A stretch of 64,000 nt of DNA. It comes from Acidobacteriota bacterium. Its GTDB lineage: Bacteria; Acidobacteriota; UBA6911; RPQK01; JAJDTT01. The notes beneath the pieces were generated by a model, which worked only from the letters and a program-made list of their open reading frames with translations, was not told the DNA's origin and searched no databases. Of the stretch, positions 29,413-41,702 are shown piece by piece; position 1 is the stretch's first letter, and each line of letters opens with the position of its first letter. Location of the stretch: positions 5,120,001 through 5,184,000 of the forward strand of contig CBDCJH010000002.1 in assembly GCA_965217775.1 (NCBI GenBank), read 5' to 3'. The translations under genes and the position numbers were made by a program.

Positions 29413-30423
29413 TCAATTTCGGATGGTAACGCCGGCCTCCCGCGAGCGCGGGCTTTCATTGTCTGACTTGTCCACGGCGGAGACCCGGTACCGATAGGCT
29501 TCGCCTTCCTTGACCGTGGTGTCCTTGAACATTCGACCCTGCAACAGAGGCGAAATCCTGCGGACCGTTTCGCCTTCCGATTCCCGGTACACGAAATAGC
29601 CTGCCAGATCCGCCTCGCGGTTCGGGTCCCAGTAGACTCGGACCTCACCCTCCCAGTAGACCGCCGTGACATTCTGGGGAGTCCCCGGAGCGAACGAGTC
29701 TTCGGGGACGATGGTCAAAGTATCACCGGCCCGGCTCAGAATCAAAGGATCGGCAGCGCGGCTGATGGTCTGAACACTGTACCGCTGGGGATGACCGAAG
29801 CGGAATTCCGGGTCCCGAAACACTTCGGTGGCAACACGATGCCGGGAATTGACCAGGTATCCGGCGACGTTGGCCGGACGGCTCCCGTCGAAGTTCGACT
29901 GGGGGCGGTCCCACTCCAGCCGCAGGTGGTCCGGGTTGACTTCACAGCGCAGATTCCGGGGCGCTGCCGCCGCTTTGACAGAGGATGCCCGGACCAGGTT
30001 GGAAGGCGGAGAAAGACGGTCGTCCGAGTCCAGGAATCGCAGGTAGTAGCCGCAGGGGTCTTCATCATCCGGCAGCTTCCGCTCCACCAGGTACTCGGCG
30101 CCGTCATTCCGTCTTCGAAGCTGACCTCTGTCCAGCAGCATCTCAGGCTCCGTGGAGGCCTCGCCTCCGGGACACTGGCGGTAGATTTGAACTTGAATGA
30201 CGTCCTGGGACGCCAGAGGAAAGTGCAGTTGAGCCCTGTCGTCCACCTGGACCAGCTTCAGGCTCCGAGTGGTGGGAGGCGGTTGGGAGAGCGGCGGCAG
30301 CGGGTCTCCCACCTTGGCGCAACCCGGGCCGGGGATCTGCACGATGAGCGAGATCAGGACGACGGGACGCACCCAGTTACGACTGGACTGAAGCTCCTGT
30401 TCCAACGGCATGGAGGGCCTCAT
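29413..30423 (-). CDS. fibronectin type III domain lipoprotein-like protein
   Basis: GCAKVGDPLPP; W....E.DLAGY.VYR; Y.Y.VSAVD...NES. Confidence 0.8.
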   Translation of the reverse strand: MRPSMPLEQELQSSRNWVRPVVLISLIVQIPGPGCAKVGDPLPPLSQPPPTTRSLKLVQVDDRAQLHFPLASQDVIQVQIYRQCPGGEASTEPEMLLDRGQLRRRNDGAEYLVERKLPDDEDPCGYYLRFLDSDDRLSPPSNLVRASSVKAAAAPRNLRCEVNPDHLRLEWDRPQSNFDGSRPANVAGYLVNSRHRVATEVFRDPEFRFGHPQRYSVQTISRAADPLILSRAGDTLTIVPEDSFAPGTPQNVTAVYWEGEVRVYWDPNREADLAGYFVYRESEGETVRRISPLLQGRMFKDTTVKEGEAYRYRVSAVDKSDNESPRSREAGVTIRN

Positions 30424-30592
30424 CCTACACGATCTTCCGCGCCGTAAGAGCGGGTCGCCGGGCGTGCCATGAAAAGTTCTTAAAACCTTTTCCGGTGTAA
30501 CGGCATCAAACTATGCAGGGAGTGGGATCAGGGGTATTCTCCCCTCCTTACAAGTCCCGACAGGACACGCCAACCCTGGTTCCACTCCCGAT

Positions 30593-30702
30593 GGAGGGGC
30601 GATTTCCAGTCGCCCATTCCTCTTTTCGCTCGTACGCCGGTTCCCCAAGCTCTCTTGGTGTGTTGATACTCGGGAGTTCGGCGGTTAGGAAACCGCCGCT
30701 CC
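30593..30702. repeat. REP-like inverted doublet
   Basis: GGAGGGGCGATTTCCAGTCGCCC (30593-30615) and CGGCGGTTAGGAAACCGCCGCTCC (30679-30702). Confidence 0.6.
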
Positions 30703-30719
30703 GCTTCGCGGGCGATCTC

Positions 30720-30938
30720 TTACTTGCAGTCTTGCAGAAGCGCAATGCGGATAAACCGATACGCGTCCAGGCAGGTGGGACACTCGAAGAAATGGTCGAT
30801 GGTCTGGATGATTTCCAGGTTGGAGAGCTGATGCGTCGCAAGAGAGTGCATCTTGCGTGCAGAGACGTGACCCCGCCGTTGGTACCGGACGGGAAACGTC
30901 ACGGTAAAGGCGATTTTGCATACAATCGGCGCAGCCAT
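30720..30938 (-). CDS. possible small zf-HC2-like protein
   Basis: HFFECPTC fits HxxxCxxC; otherwise unsupported. Confidence 0.35.
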   Translation of the reverse strand: MAAPIVCKIAFTVTFPVRYQRRGHVSARKMHSLATHQLSNLEIIQTIDHFFECPTCLDAYRFIRIALLQDCK

Positions 30939-31149
30939 CGACTCGCTCGCATCATAGCAGATAGGCGGAACTTGGGAAACGGGCTTGTCGTTAGTACGTC
31001 AAGTGTGCGGTCCAAGAGGCGGGAGGTAAGTACAATCTCATTCTGCCCCCGGGAAGGAGTGAGACATGGCACTGGATCCGCCCGTGCAGGCCGCACTCGA
31101 GCTATCAGATGATCCAGTGAACGCTGTCTCCGTCCGCCCGATTGAAGGA

Positions 31150-31169
31150 ATATAGCGGAGGCGCTATAT
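31150..31169. promoter_or_regulatory. TA operator palindrome
   Basis: ATATAGCG-GAGG-CGCTATAT just upstream of the toxin start. Confidence 0.7.
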
Positions 31170-31176
31170 ATGTGGC

Positions 31177-31657
31177 ATGAGATGGACGGTGGAAACTGTC
31201 TCTGCCGTCGATGTGAAATAGAGTCCCTGCCGGTGAAACTGCGCGCGCGGCTGTTCCGGCTACTGGAGGCGGTGGAGAACGTCGGTCTGGAGGCGCTTCG
31301 CGAACCGCATGTCAAGCATCTCCAAGGCAAGCTGTGGGAACTGCGGGTTAGGGCCGAAGGGGGAATCGCCCGGGGCATCTACGTGACGGCGGCGCAGCGG
31401 CGGGTCGTGGTCCTGCATGTCTTTGTGAAGAAGTCGCGCAGGACACCGCGGCGAGCGCTTGACAGCCCGTGGTGAAAGTCCCGCGAGCACCGAGACCGTT
31501 CCTGCGCCCGCCGGACAAGGCGCGATTCGGGTGCATACCGGGAGTATGTGCCCGAATCGCAACGCAGTCCGCCGGGATGCAGGGACGGTCGAATGCCGTG
31601 ACGACTTTTGCCACGGGCTGTTGAGACCGCCAGAAAACGTATGCGGCAGGTGACACC

Positions 31658-31661
<4 letters not shown>
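31177..31661 (+). pseudogene. RelE/HigB (Gp49-like) toxin, frameshifted and MITE-interrupted
   Basis: MRWTVETVSAVD, then a frameshift near 31212; KLWELRV, LHVFVKKS..TP; removing the MITE restores ...RALETARKRMRQVTP* with an ATGA overlap to the antitoxin. Confidence 0.85.
31463..31620 (+). mobile_element. 158-bp MITE, copy 2 (target duplication TTGA)
   Basis: Inverted termini; TTGA at 31459-31462 and 31621-31624. Confidence 0.92.
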
Positions 31662-34067
<2,406 letters not shown>

Positions 34068-34146
34068 CGGCGGGAAACCTCGCCGGTCCGACACCCCCGC
34101 CGCTGCCGGCAGGAGCGTCCGGGCAATATTGAATCGGCTGGGATTT

Positions 34147-34377
34147 ATGGTGGAACCTGATCGCAAGTCTGCGCATCATTCTCCGGAGGCCTGTCCGGAG
34201 TGCCGGTATACCTTGAGCCGGCGCAGCACGTGGTGTCCCTACTGCGGGGTTCAACTCACCCACCCACCCTGGAAGAAGGTGGGGGCCTGGATTCTGCTGG
34301 TGTTGATCGTCTACGGTCTGGTCCAGTGCCATTTGCGTTTGCTGGACGGCCCCGACGGTTTGAATTCGTTGCCTTGA
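34147..34377 (+). CDS. small zinc-ribbon membrane protein
   Basis: CPEC...CPYCG plus a TM helix. Confidence 0.65.
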   Translation: MVEPDRKSAHHSPEACPECRYTLSRRSTWCPYCGVQLTHPPWKKVGAWILLVLIVYGLVQCHLRLLDGPDGLNSLP

Positions 34378-35117
34378 GAGTTCCTGATTTGAAGACTCCC
34401 GGCTACCGGCACCACTGCGTGACCCACGTGGGCTGGGTGCGCCCCGTGAACGAAGACACGCTGATCGAGTCTCCGGAACATCATTTGTTTGGAGTGTGCG
34501 ACGGCATGGGAGGGCATGCCGCCGGAGAAGTGGCCAGTGCTCTGGCGGCTACGGTCTTCCGGCGCGTGATGGCAGCAGGTGTCCTGCCCCCGGCAGCGGC
34601 GCTGGGCGAGGCCATCCGCCAAGCGGACGAGGCGGTTTACCGGGACCAGATGGTCCACCCGGCGCACAAGGGAATGGGAACGACTCTCAGCGCGCTCCTT
34701 CTCTCCGGTTCGGCGCCGGATGAGGCCTGGATCGGACACGTGGGCGATAGTCGGGTATATCGGTGCCGGAATCAGAGATTGGACCAACTGACGACGGATC
34801 ACTCGCCGGTATTCCGCCTCTATCGGAAGGGTCTTCTCTCCAAGGAGCAGGCTCGCCGGCACCCGCACAAGCATATCGTGGAACAGGCGCTGGGGCTGAG
34901 CCCTCCGGTCGAGGCGGATATTTTTGCCGTGGACGTCCGACCCGGAGATCTCTTTCTGCTCTGCACCGATGGTTTGAGCGATCAGGTCGGAGATGTTGAG
35001 ATCGAAGACGTTTGCCGATCCGGATCCGTGCGCGCCAGGGCCCGTCACCTGGTGCAAGCCGCCAATTTCAAGGGTGGATTGGACAATGTTTCCGTGGTCG
35101 TCGTGCAGATCCTGTAA
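34374..35117 (+). CDS. PP2C-family Ser/Thr phosphatase
   Basis: G.VR..NED, DGMGGHAAGEVAS, GMGTT, VGDSR, CTDGL, GG.DN. Confidence 0.95.
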   Translation: MRVPDLKTPGYRHHCVTHVGWVRPVNEDTLIESPEHHLFGVCDGMGGHAAGEVASALAATVFRRVMAAGVLPPAAALGEAIRQADEAVYRDQMVHPAHKGMGTTLSALLLSGSAPDEAWIGHVGDSRVYRCRNQRLDQLTTDHSPVFRLYRKGLLSKEQARRHPHKHIVEQALGLSPPVEADIFAVDVRPGDLFLLCTDGLSDQVGDVEIEDVCRSGSVRARARHLVQAANFKGGLDNVSVVVVQIL

Positions 35118-35310
35118 TGGATAGGAATGCTCCGCCACCGGCCCGGTCCGGCGGACGCATAGGAGAAATAGGCATCGAGTTCATCCGGCTCCGGCGTCCT
35201 CGACGAGACCATTTCCCCTGCCGGGCCCGCTGGGCGAAAACGACCCGCCTGTCTTCACTCTTTCCTATTTCCTCTTTCCTATTTCCTCTGTTTCTCAGAA
35301 GGGGAGTGCC

Positions 35311-36225
35311 ATGAAACCGAATGACGCGCATTGCCATTTCTTCTCCCGGAACTTTATCCGGACGCTGGCTGGTGAGAGGGGACTCCGGGGGGACGACCCC
35401 GCGGGCGACGCCTGCCGAATCCTGGCATGGGATCCGCCCGGCTCCAACGGAGAGTTGGCGGACCGTTGGGTTGCGGAGTTGGATCGCCACCAGGTCGGCC
35501 GGGCGGCGATCATCGCCAGCGTCCCGGAAGATGAAGAGTCGGTGGCGGAAGCCTTGGGCCGGCATCCTGGGCGCTTTGTCGGATTCTTCATGGTGGACCC
35601 GACGCGGCAGGCGGCCGCGGAACGGGTGACCCGGGCGGTCACCGAGCTGGGGCTCCGCTGCGCCTGCCTGTTTCCCGGGATGCACGGATATGAACTCTCG
35701 GACCCGCGGGTGCTTGGCCTGGTCGAGCGGCTGGCGTCCGTGCCCGGCACGGCGCTATTCGTTCATTGTGGTGTACTGACCGTCGGCGCCAGGAAGAAGC
35801 TGGGATTGCCGGCCCGATTCGACCTCAGGTATTCCAATCCCTTGAATGTACATCCATTGGCGCTGGCCTATCCCGAACTGCCGTTCATTCTCCCTCACTT
35901 CGGCGCCGGGATGTTCCGCGAGGCCCTCATGCTGGGAGACCTGTGTCCCAACGTCCACCTGGACACGTCCAGCTCCAATTCCTGGATTCGATACTCCGGG
36001 TTGACCCTGGAGCAGGTCTTCGCCCGCTCCCTCGAGATCCTGGGTCCGGACCGGATTCTGTTTGGAACCGACTCTTCATTCTTTCCGCGGGGCTGGCAAA
36101 GCCCGCTCTGGGAAGAGCAGTCCCGGATCTTGAAGCAAGTTGGCTTGGACCGGGAGGGCCGCCGCAAGATTCAGTCCGCCAACTTCGAGCGGCTCTTCCC
36201 CGTCAAAGGTTCCCCAGCAGTCTGA
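35311..36225 (+). CDS. amidohydrolase family 2 protein
   Basis: DAHCH, HCG, PHFGAG, LFGTDS. Confidence 0.88.
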   Translation: MKPNDAHCHFFSRNFIRTLAGERGLRGDDPAGDACRILAWDPPGSNGELADRWVAELDRHQVGRAAIIASVPEDEESVAEALGRHPGRFVGFFMVDPTRQAAAERVTRAVTELGLRCACLFPGMHGYELSDPRVLGLVERLASVPGTALFVHCGVLTVGARKKLGLPARFDLRYSNPLNVHPLALAYPELPFILPHFGAGMFREALMLGDLCPNVHLDTSSSNSWIRYSGLTLEQVFARSLEILGPDRILFGTDSSFFPRGWQSPLWEEQSRILKQVGLDREGRRKIQSANFERLFPVKGSPAV

Positions 36226-36667
36226 GTAGAAACGCCCTGGCCCGGTCGTAGACGCGAGGACTGGAGCTCTCCCGGGGACCCGCCACGTTCAGAACCCGGA
36301 TCCGGTGACGCCGGATCCATTCCAGAACCGGTTCGGTTCCGGGGTCCAGGTCCAGGTCCACCCGCCGGCATGGCCGCCCTCGGCGCCGGGCTCGGACCCA
36401 GGTGAGCCGGGTGCCGCCGTCCACTCGGGTCCGGAACAGGATGAGGGTCCCGTTCGAATCTCGAACGTTCCAGTCGGTTCTCTGGTGGTACCGGCGGAGA
36501 GGCGTCTCCCGGAGCGGATAGCGGGGATCGAGAGGACCGTCCTCGGCGCGGCGGCCCCTCGGGCACCAGCCGCCGCAATCGAGCGATAGCTCCAGAGCCA
36601 CGTCCAGAGCCGCGCGGTCGACTCCCGTTTGTCCTCCCGAGACGATGCGATTCGGTCGGCCTTCCAC
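36203..36667 (-). CDS. putative molybdenum cofactor carrier (SLOG/YpsA-like)
   Basis: IVSGGQTGVDRAALD, GGWCPRGRRAEDG, LNVAGPRES. Confidence 0.9.
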   Translation of the reverse strand: MEGRPNRIVSGGQTGVDRAALDVALELSLDCGGWCPRGRRAEDGPLDPRYPLRETPLRRYHQRTDWNVRDSNGTLILFRTRVDGGTRLTWVRARRRGRPCRRVDLDLDPGTEPVLEWIRRHRIRVLNVAGPRESSSPRVYDRARAFLLRLLGNL

Positions 36668-37014
36668 GTTGCGCCTGCGCTCTCGTACAGCGGGTTACGC
36701 ACCGGTTCGAATGGATCGACGATACTATCCGCCACGCATCAACCCGCCATCCGCCCCGGGGTTCCCCGGATACCACCAGAAGATGTCGAGTATACTCACG
36801 AGCGTCCGCCAGCCCGCCGATATCGAATCCGCGATGTTTCCCGGACTCCATTTCGTACGTGAGGCGTGTCTGGAAATGGCATCGTCAATTTTTTGTCAGG
36901 GGTCCAGGAAGAAAAAGTCGGAATTTAAAACAACCATATCGGTATAATGTTGTCTTGAACAGATGTCCCTGGAAAAAACTGCGAGGATGGGTTTGGGGGG
37001 CGATTTCAAAGGCA

Positions 37015-37100
37015 TGTGGACAAGGTGTGGATAAATTGTGACTGTATGAACCATAAGTGAAGTTGCTATTGCGGATAGGGTCTTGCAGCCGAAATCCACA
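37015..37100. promoter_or_regulatory. DnaA-box cluster in an AT-rich non-coding region
   Basis: TGTGGATAA at 37026-37034 (perfect), TGTGGACAA at 37015-37023, weaker boxes at 37070 and 37092. Confidence 0.45.
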
Positions 37101-37762
37101 AGAAAAAGGCTCAATTTCTTGGTGAAATTTCTGGTTGCGCGGTTCGGAGAAAGGCATAGAATCTCCCTTGTCCCAAGGGGTAAACGCAAGTTGGCCCCGA
37201 GGCGGCGCCGGTCGCAAGCGGTCGATCCGGCTCCAGGGTTTCGGCCTTGAAGGTGGGGAGGCGGCCAGTGGCGGGCGGGCGAGTTCCTCAGCCGGTTTTG
37301 ATCGATTGAGGGGCAAGCGCCGAAGAGGCGCGCCGGATCTGCCGGAGCCTTCGGGCGAGGGTAGCGAAGGCGAGTGTTCAGAGGCTGCTTTCGGGGGTGC
37401 GGCTCCAGGGCGGCGGGTTGCTTCGGATTGGCGTGAACCGGTTGTTACCGGGGAACCTCAATGAAGGACGGCCCCCCTGGAGAGGAGCGGAAGTCGTCAG
37501 GGGCAAGGGCAGGTTCCTTCGGGACTTGGTCGAACACGGCGGCAGATGCTCCACTTGGGGGCACGGAAACTGGCCCCATTCGGGTCGGCAGAGAGTGCCT
37601 TTCGAGGCCGTGCAACTCGCGAATATCACTTGGGACACTTTTTTTCTTCCGGGCGCTCGTTCCCAGGCATCATCGGTTCCTTCCCGTGCAGTGAGTGTTG
37701 ACTTGCTGCGATCCATTTCGTTCTTTTTCCGTCGTCGCCGTTAGAGTAATCGTTGGATCTCC

Positions 37763-37792
37763 CGCGGGGTATATTACGCGGGGTATATTACG
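37763..37792 (+). repeat. 14-bp tandem duplication in the lysC promoter region
   Basis: CGCGGGGTATATTA x2. Confidence 0.85.
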
Positions 37793-37820
37793 GTTTCTCG
37801 AAATCGCGTGAGATGAAGCT

Positions 37821-39203
37821 GTGATCGTTCTCAAATTCGGTGGGACGTCAGTTCAAGGCACGGACGCGGTGACGCGGGCCGTCCAGGTGATTCGGCGCCA
37901 ATTGTCCCGGGGCGAGGTCGTGGTCCTGTCCGCCATGGGCAAGACCACCAATGGACTGTTGGAGATGGCACGAACCGCCTCGTCCGGGGACATCGATTCC
38001 GCGTGGGCGATACGGGACGACCTGAGCGCGTTGCACGAGGCGGTGGCGCGTGAGCTCCTCTCGGGCCGCCGCTGGAAGAGTGTGGAAACGTCGCTGGCGG
38101 CCCTCTTCCGGGAGATGACCGATATCGTGCAGGGACTCTATCTGCTGGGTGAGACCAGTCCCCGGAGCATGGACCGTGTCGGGTCCTTCGGCGAACGCTT
38201 GAGCACGCTGATTTTCTCTGAAGTCCTCAGGGAAAACGGAATCCCTGCCGAGTTGGTGGACTCACGAGATCTGATCCGAACCGACGACCACTTCACCCAG
38301 GCTGCCGTCTTGCAGGAACTCACCCGGAACTGCGTCCGGGAACAGCTCCTGCCTCGGCTGCGCGCCGGAAAGGTGATCGTCGCGCCGGGCTTCATCGGCT
38401 CCACGGTAGACGGGGTCACGACCACCATCGGGCGCGGAGGGTCCGATTACACGGCCGCCCTGATCGGAGCCGCACTGGATGCCGAGGACATCCAGATCTG
38501 GACCGATGTTCCGGGCGTTCTCACCGCGGATCCCCGGATTGTTCCGGGCGTCTACAAGATTCACGCCATCTCCTTCGCCGAAGCAGCCGAGTTGGCCTAT
38601 TTCGGGGCCAAGGTGCTCCATCCCAGCACGCTGACACCGGCCATCGATCGGGACATCCCCGTGCATGTCTGCAACTCCAGGCAGATCGACGAGCGGGGAA
38701 CCTTCATTTCCGCGGCCCCCGTCTCCTCCTCCAGTCCCATCAAGTCCATTGCCTGCAAGCGGGGCATCACCATCGTCAACATTCTGTCCACCCAGATGCT
38801 GCTCTCTTACGGCTTCCTGCGCCGGATCTTCGAGGTGTTCGAGACTCACGAAACGGTGGTGGACGTGGTGGCCACTTCCGAGGTCAACGTCTCCCTGACC
38901 GTCGATTCCTCGCAGGAGCTGGAGGCGATCGGCAGCGATCTGGCGGAGTTCGGCGAGGTCCGGGTGGCCCCCGACATGGCCATCATCTGCACCGTGGGCG
39001 AGGACGTGAAGAAAACCCCCGGGATCGCGGCGCGGATCTTCGGGGCTCTGGAGGGGATCAACGTGCAAATGATCTCCCAGGGGGCGTCCCGTATCAACAT
39101 GACATTTCTGGTTGCGGAAGACACAATGGAGGAGGCCGTCCGGCTGCTCCACAACGAGTTCTTCCGGCAGCCGGACCCGGAGTTGTTCGAGCCCGTCGAG
39201 TAA
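37821..39203 (+). CDS. lysC: aspartate kinase
   Basis: KFGGTSV, GRGGSD, WTDV.G...DPR, ACT domains. Confidence 0.97.
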   Translation: MIVLKFGGTSVQGTDAVTRAVQVIRRQLSRGEVVVLSAMGKTTNGLLEMARTASSGDIDSAWAIRDDLSALHEAVARELLSGRRWKSVETSLAALFREMTDIVQGLYLLGETSPRSMDRVGSFGERLSTLIFSEVLRENGIPAELVDSRDLIRTDDHFTQAAVLQELTRNCVREQLLPRLRAGKVIVAPGFIGSTVDGVTTTIGRGGSDYTAALIGAALDAEDIQIWTDVPGVLTADPRIVPGVYKIHAISFAEAAELAYFGAKVLHPSTLTPAIDRDIPVHVCNSRQIDERGTFISAAPVSSSSPIKSIACKRGITIVNILSTQMLLSYGFLRRIFEVFETHETVVDVVATSEVNVSLTVDSSQELEAIGSDLAEFGEVRVAPDMAIICTVGEDVKKTPGIAARIFGALEGINVQMISQGASRINMTFLVAEDTMEEAVRLLHNEFFRQPDPELFEPVE

Positions 39204-39256
39204 GGGCGGATCGCGGCTCCGGCGTCCTTCGATTTTCGAGAAAGTCCGGGGTGGAC

Positions 39257-39955
39257 ATGAACATCACGTTGATCGGCTACGGAAAGATGGGGAGGGCCAT
39301 CGAGGCGGCCGCACAAGAGGCGGGAGACGAGATCGTCTCTTGGATGGATATCGACGAGAACCCGTTGGAGGCGGGTTTCTCGGGCGATTGGGTCGCCCGG
39401 ACGGACGTCATCATGGATTTCTCGACGGCGCACATCGTTCCGGTGAACGTGGCGAATGCCGTCCGTTGCGGGATTCCCATCGTCGTCGGGACGACCGGGT
39501 GGTACGACCAGATCGACAAGGTCCGGGACTCGGTGATCCGGGGCGGCGGCGCGTGCGTCTACGCGGGCAACTTCAGCCTGGGCGTGCAGATCTTCTTTCG
39601 GTTGACTCGCCGCGCGGGTGAGATGTTCTCCAGGTTCGAGGAATACCACCCCTACCTGGTGGAGACCCACCACGTCCGGAAGCTCGACGCGCCGTCGGGC
39701 ACCGCCTTCACCATGGAGAAGATCCTGGGTGAGTGTTACGGTCGCGCCGTCAACGCCGTCAGCGTCCGGGCGGGACATTTCCCCGGAATTCACGTCGCCG
39801 GTTTCGACTCGGCGGTGGATACCATCACGCTGGAGCACCAGGCCCGCAGCCGCGGCGGTTTCGCCCGTGGCGCTCTCTTTGCCGGCCGGTGGATCCAGGG
39901 CAAGCAGGGCTTCCACGCATTCGAGGATGCCGTTTTCGGAGAGCAAAATGATTGA
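39257..39955 (+). CDS. dapB: 4-hydroxy-tetrahydrodipicolinate reductase
   Basis: GYGKMG, GTTGW, NFSLG, ETHH..K.DAPSGTA. Confidence 0.95.
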   Translation: MNITLIGYGKMGRAIEAAAQEAGDEIVSWMDIDENPLEAGFSGDWVARTDVIMDFSTAHIVPVNVANAVRCGIPIVVGTTGWYDQIDKVRDSVIRGGGACVYAGNFSLGVQIFFRLTRRAGEMFSRFEEYHPYLVETHHVRKLDAPSGTAFTMEKILGECYGRAVNAVSVRAGHFPGIHVAGFDSAVDTITLEHQARSRGGFARGALFAGRWIQGKQGFHAFEDAVFGEQND

Positions 39956-40844
39956 ACTGAAAGGCTGTGGAACCGCCCTGGTCACCCCCTTCACGTCTCA
40001 CCGTGACGTGGATGTGGACGCGTACCGCAAGTTGGTGGAGTGGCAGATCGAATCGGGAATCGACTTTCTGGTGCCCTGCGGGACCACCGGCGAGAGCGTC
40101 ACCCTGACTGAGGAGGAGTATGCATACGTCATTCAGATCTGTGTGGAGACGGCCTCGGGAGCGGTTCCGGTGGTGGCCGGAGCGGGGTCCAACGACACCC
40201 TTTACGCTCGCCAACTGGCGCAGGGCGCTGAGCATGAAGGCGCGGACGCCATCCTCTCGGTGACTCCCTATTACAACAAGCCGACCCCCGAGGGAACTTT
40301 CCGGCATTTTTCCGAAGTCGTCCGTTACCTGGACATCCCCCTGGTGTTCTACAACGTCCCGGGAAGGACCGGCACCAACATTCCGGTGGATACCCAGCTC
40401 CGCCTGGCCGGAGTGGACAACATCGTGGGAGTCAAGGAAGCCAGCGGGAATCTGGATCAGATCATGGAACTGCTGAGGCGCCGGCCCGAAGGGTTCCTGG
40501 TCTTCTCGGGCGATGACAGCCTGGCCTTTCCCATGGCCTGCCTGGGCGCGGAAGGAGTCATCTCCGTGGCCAGCAACGTGATCCCGGCGGAGATGTCCCG
40601 GATGATGGCCCTGGTCCGGGAGGGAGAGCTGGCCGAGGCGCGCGCCTTGCACCACCGTTATCTCCACCTCATGAACCTCAATTTTGTGGAGTCCAACCCC
40701 ATCCCGGTCAAGTACGCCTTGTCCCGAATGGGCCGCCTGACCGAGTCCTATCGACTGCCCCTCTGCCCCATGGAGGCGGGGAACAAGGAGAAGCTGGACC
40801 GGGAGCTGGACCGACTCGAGTTGTGCCATGTCCCAAGCCATTGA
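39948..40844 (+). CDS. dapA: 4-hydroxy-tetrahydrodipicolinate synthase
   Basis: GTTGES, PYYNKP, YNVPGRT, KEASG, NPIPVK. Confidence 0.97.
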   Translation: MIELKGCGTALVTPFTSHRDVDVDAYRKLVEWQIESGIDFLVPCGTTGESVTLTEEEYAYVIQICVETASGAVPVVAGAGSNDTLYARQLAQGAEHEGADAILSVTPYYNKPTPEGTFRHFSEVVRYLDIPLVFYNVPGRTGTNIPVDTQLRLAGVDNIVGVKEASGNLDQIMELLRRRPEGFLVFSGDDSLAFPMACLGAEGVISVASNVIPAEMSRMMALVREGELAEARALHHRYLHLMNLNFVESNPIPVKYALSRMGRLTESYRLPLCPMEAGNKEKLDRELDRLELCHVPSH

Positions 40845-41646
40845 GCACCTTTTCGAAGCTGAGGAATTCACTCCGCAGGATCGGGTCACCCTGGACGCCT
40901 TCCTGGACGACCTGGATTTGGGACGGGTCCGGGCGGCCGAGAAGGTGGACGGGGAGTGGAGAGTCAACGGTTGGGTCAAGAAGGGCATTCTCGCCGGTTT
41001 TCGGATGGGGGTTATCAGCGACGTCTCCATCAACGACGGGTTCCGATACTTCGACAAGGACACGTTTCCCCTGAAGCGGTTCTCGCTCTCCTCAGGTGTG
41101 CGCATCGTGCCGGGGGGCTCGTCGATCCGCCGCGGTTGCCATGTGGCCGCGGGCGTGACCTGCATGCCTCCCATGTACATCAACGCCGGCGCCTATGTGG
41201 ACGAGGGGACCATGGTCGATTCCCATGCCCTGGTCGGATCGTGCGCCCAGATCGGGAAGCGGGTGCACCTCAGCGCCGGATGCCAGATCGGCGGCGTCCT
41301 GGAGCCGGTGGGGGCTCTGCCGGTGATCGTGGAGGACGACGCCCTGGTGGGGGGCAACACCGGAGTCTACGAGGGAACCATCGTTGGCCGGGAGGCGGTC
41401 CTGGCCGCGGGTGTCATTCTGACGGGCTCGACGCCGGTTTACGATCTGGTCCATGAGACCGTATACCGGTCCGCGCCCGGTGCTCCTCTCAAGATTCCTC
41501 CCGGCGCCGTCGTGGTGCCCGGATCCCGGCCCGTACAAAAAGGCTTCGGGAAACAACACGGCCTGTCCCTTTATGCTCCGGTGATCGTCAAATACCGGGA
41601 TCCGAAAACCGAGGGGTCGGTCCAACTCGAAGACCTGCTCCGATAG
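40828..41646 (+). CDS. dapD: tetrahydrodipicolinate N-succinyltransferase
   Basis: [26 protein letters not shown]. Confidence 0.95.
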   Translation: MSQAIEHLFEAEEFTPQDRVTLDAFLDDLDLGRVRAAEKVDGEWRVNGWVKKGILAGFRMGVISDVSINDGFRYFDKDTFPLKRFSLSSGVRIVPGGSSIRRGCHVAAGVTCMPPMYINAGAYVDEGTMVDSHALVGSCAQIGKRVHLSAGCQIGGVLEPVGALPVIVEDDALVGGNTGVYEGTIVGREAVLAAGVILTGSTPVYDLVHETVYRSAPGAPLKIPPGAVVVPGSRPVQKGFGKQHGLSLYAPVIVKYRDPKTEGSVQLEDLLR

Positions 41647-41702
41647 ACCGTGGCGACAGTCGGCGAGGTTCGCCTGGTTCGCCCCTTTCCCGCCGGTTCC
41701 TC

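Noticed and set aside
31459-31490. Promoter created by the TTGA+CA junction of the MITE
   Set aside because: TTGACA is formed but there is no -10 hexamer at the proper spacing.
37321-37500. Lysine riboswitch upstream of lysC (AGAGGCGC start)
   Set aside because: The other conserved elements are not recognisable and it lies more than 300 bp from the start codon; needs an Rfam search.
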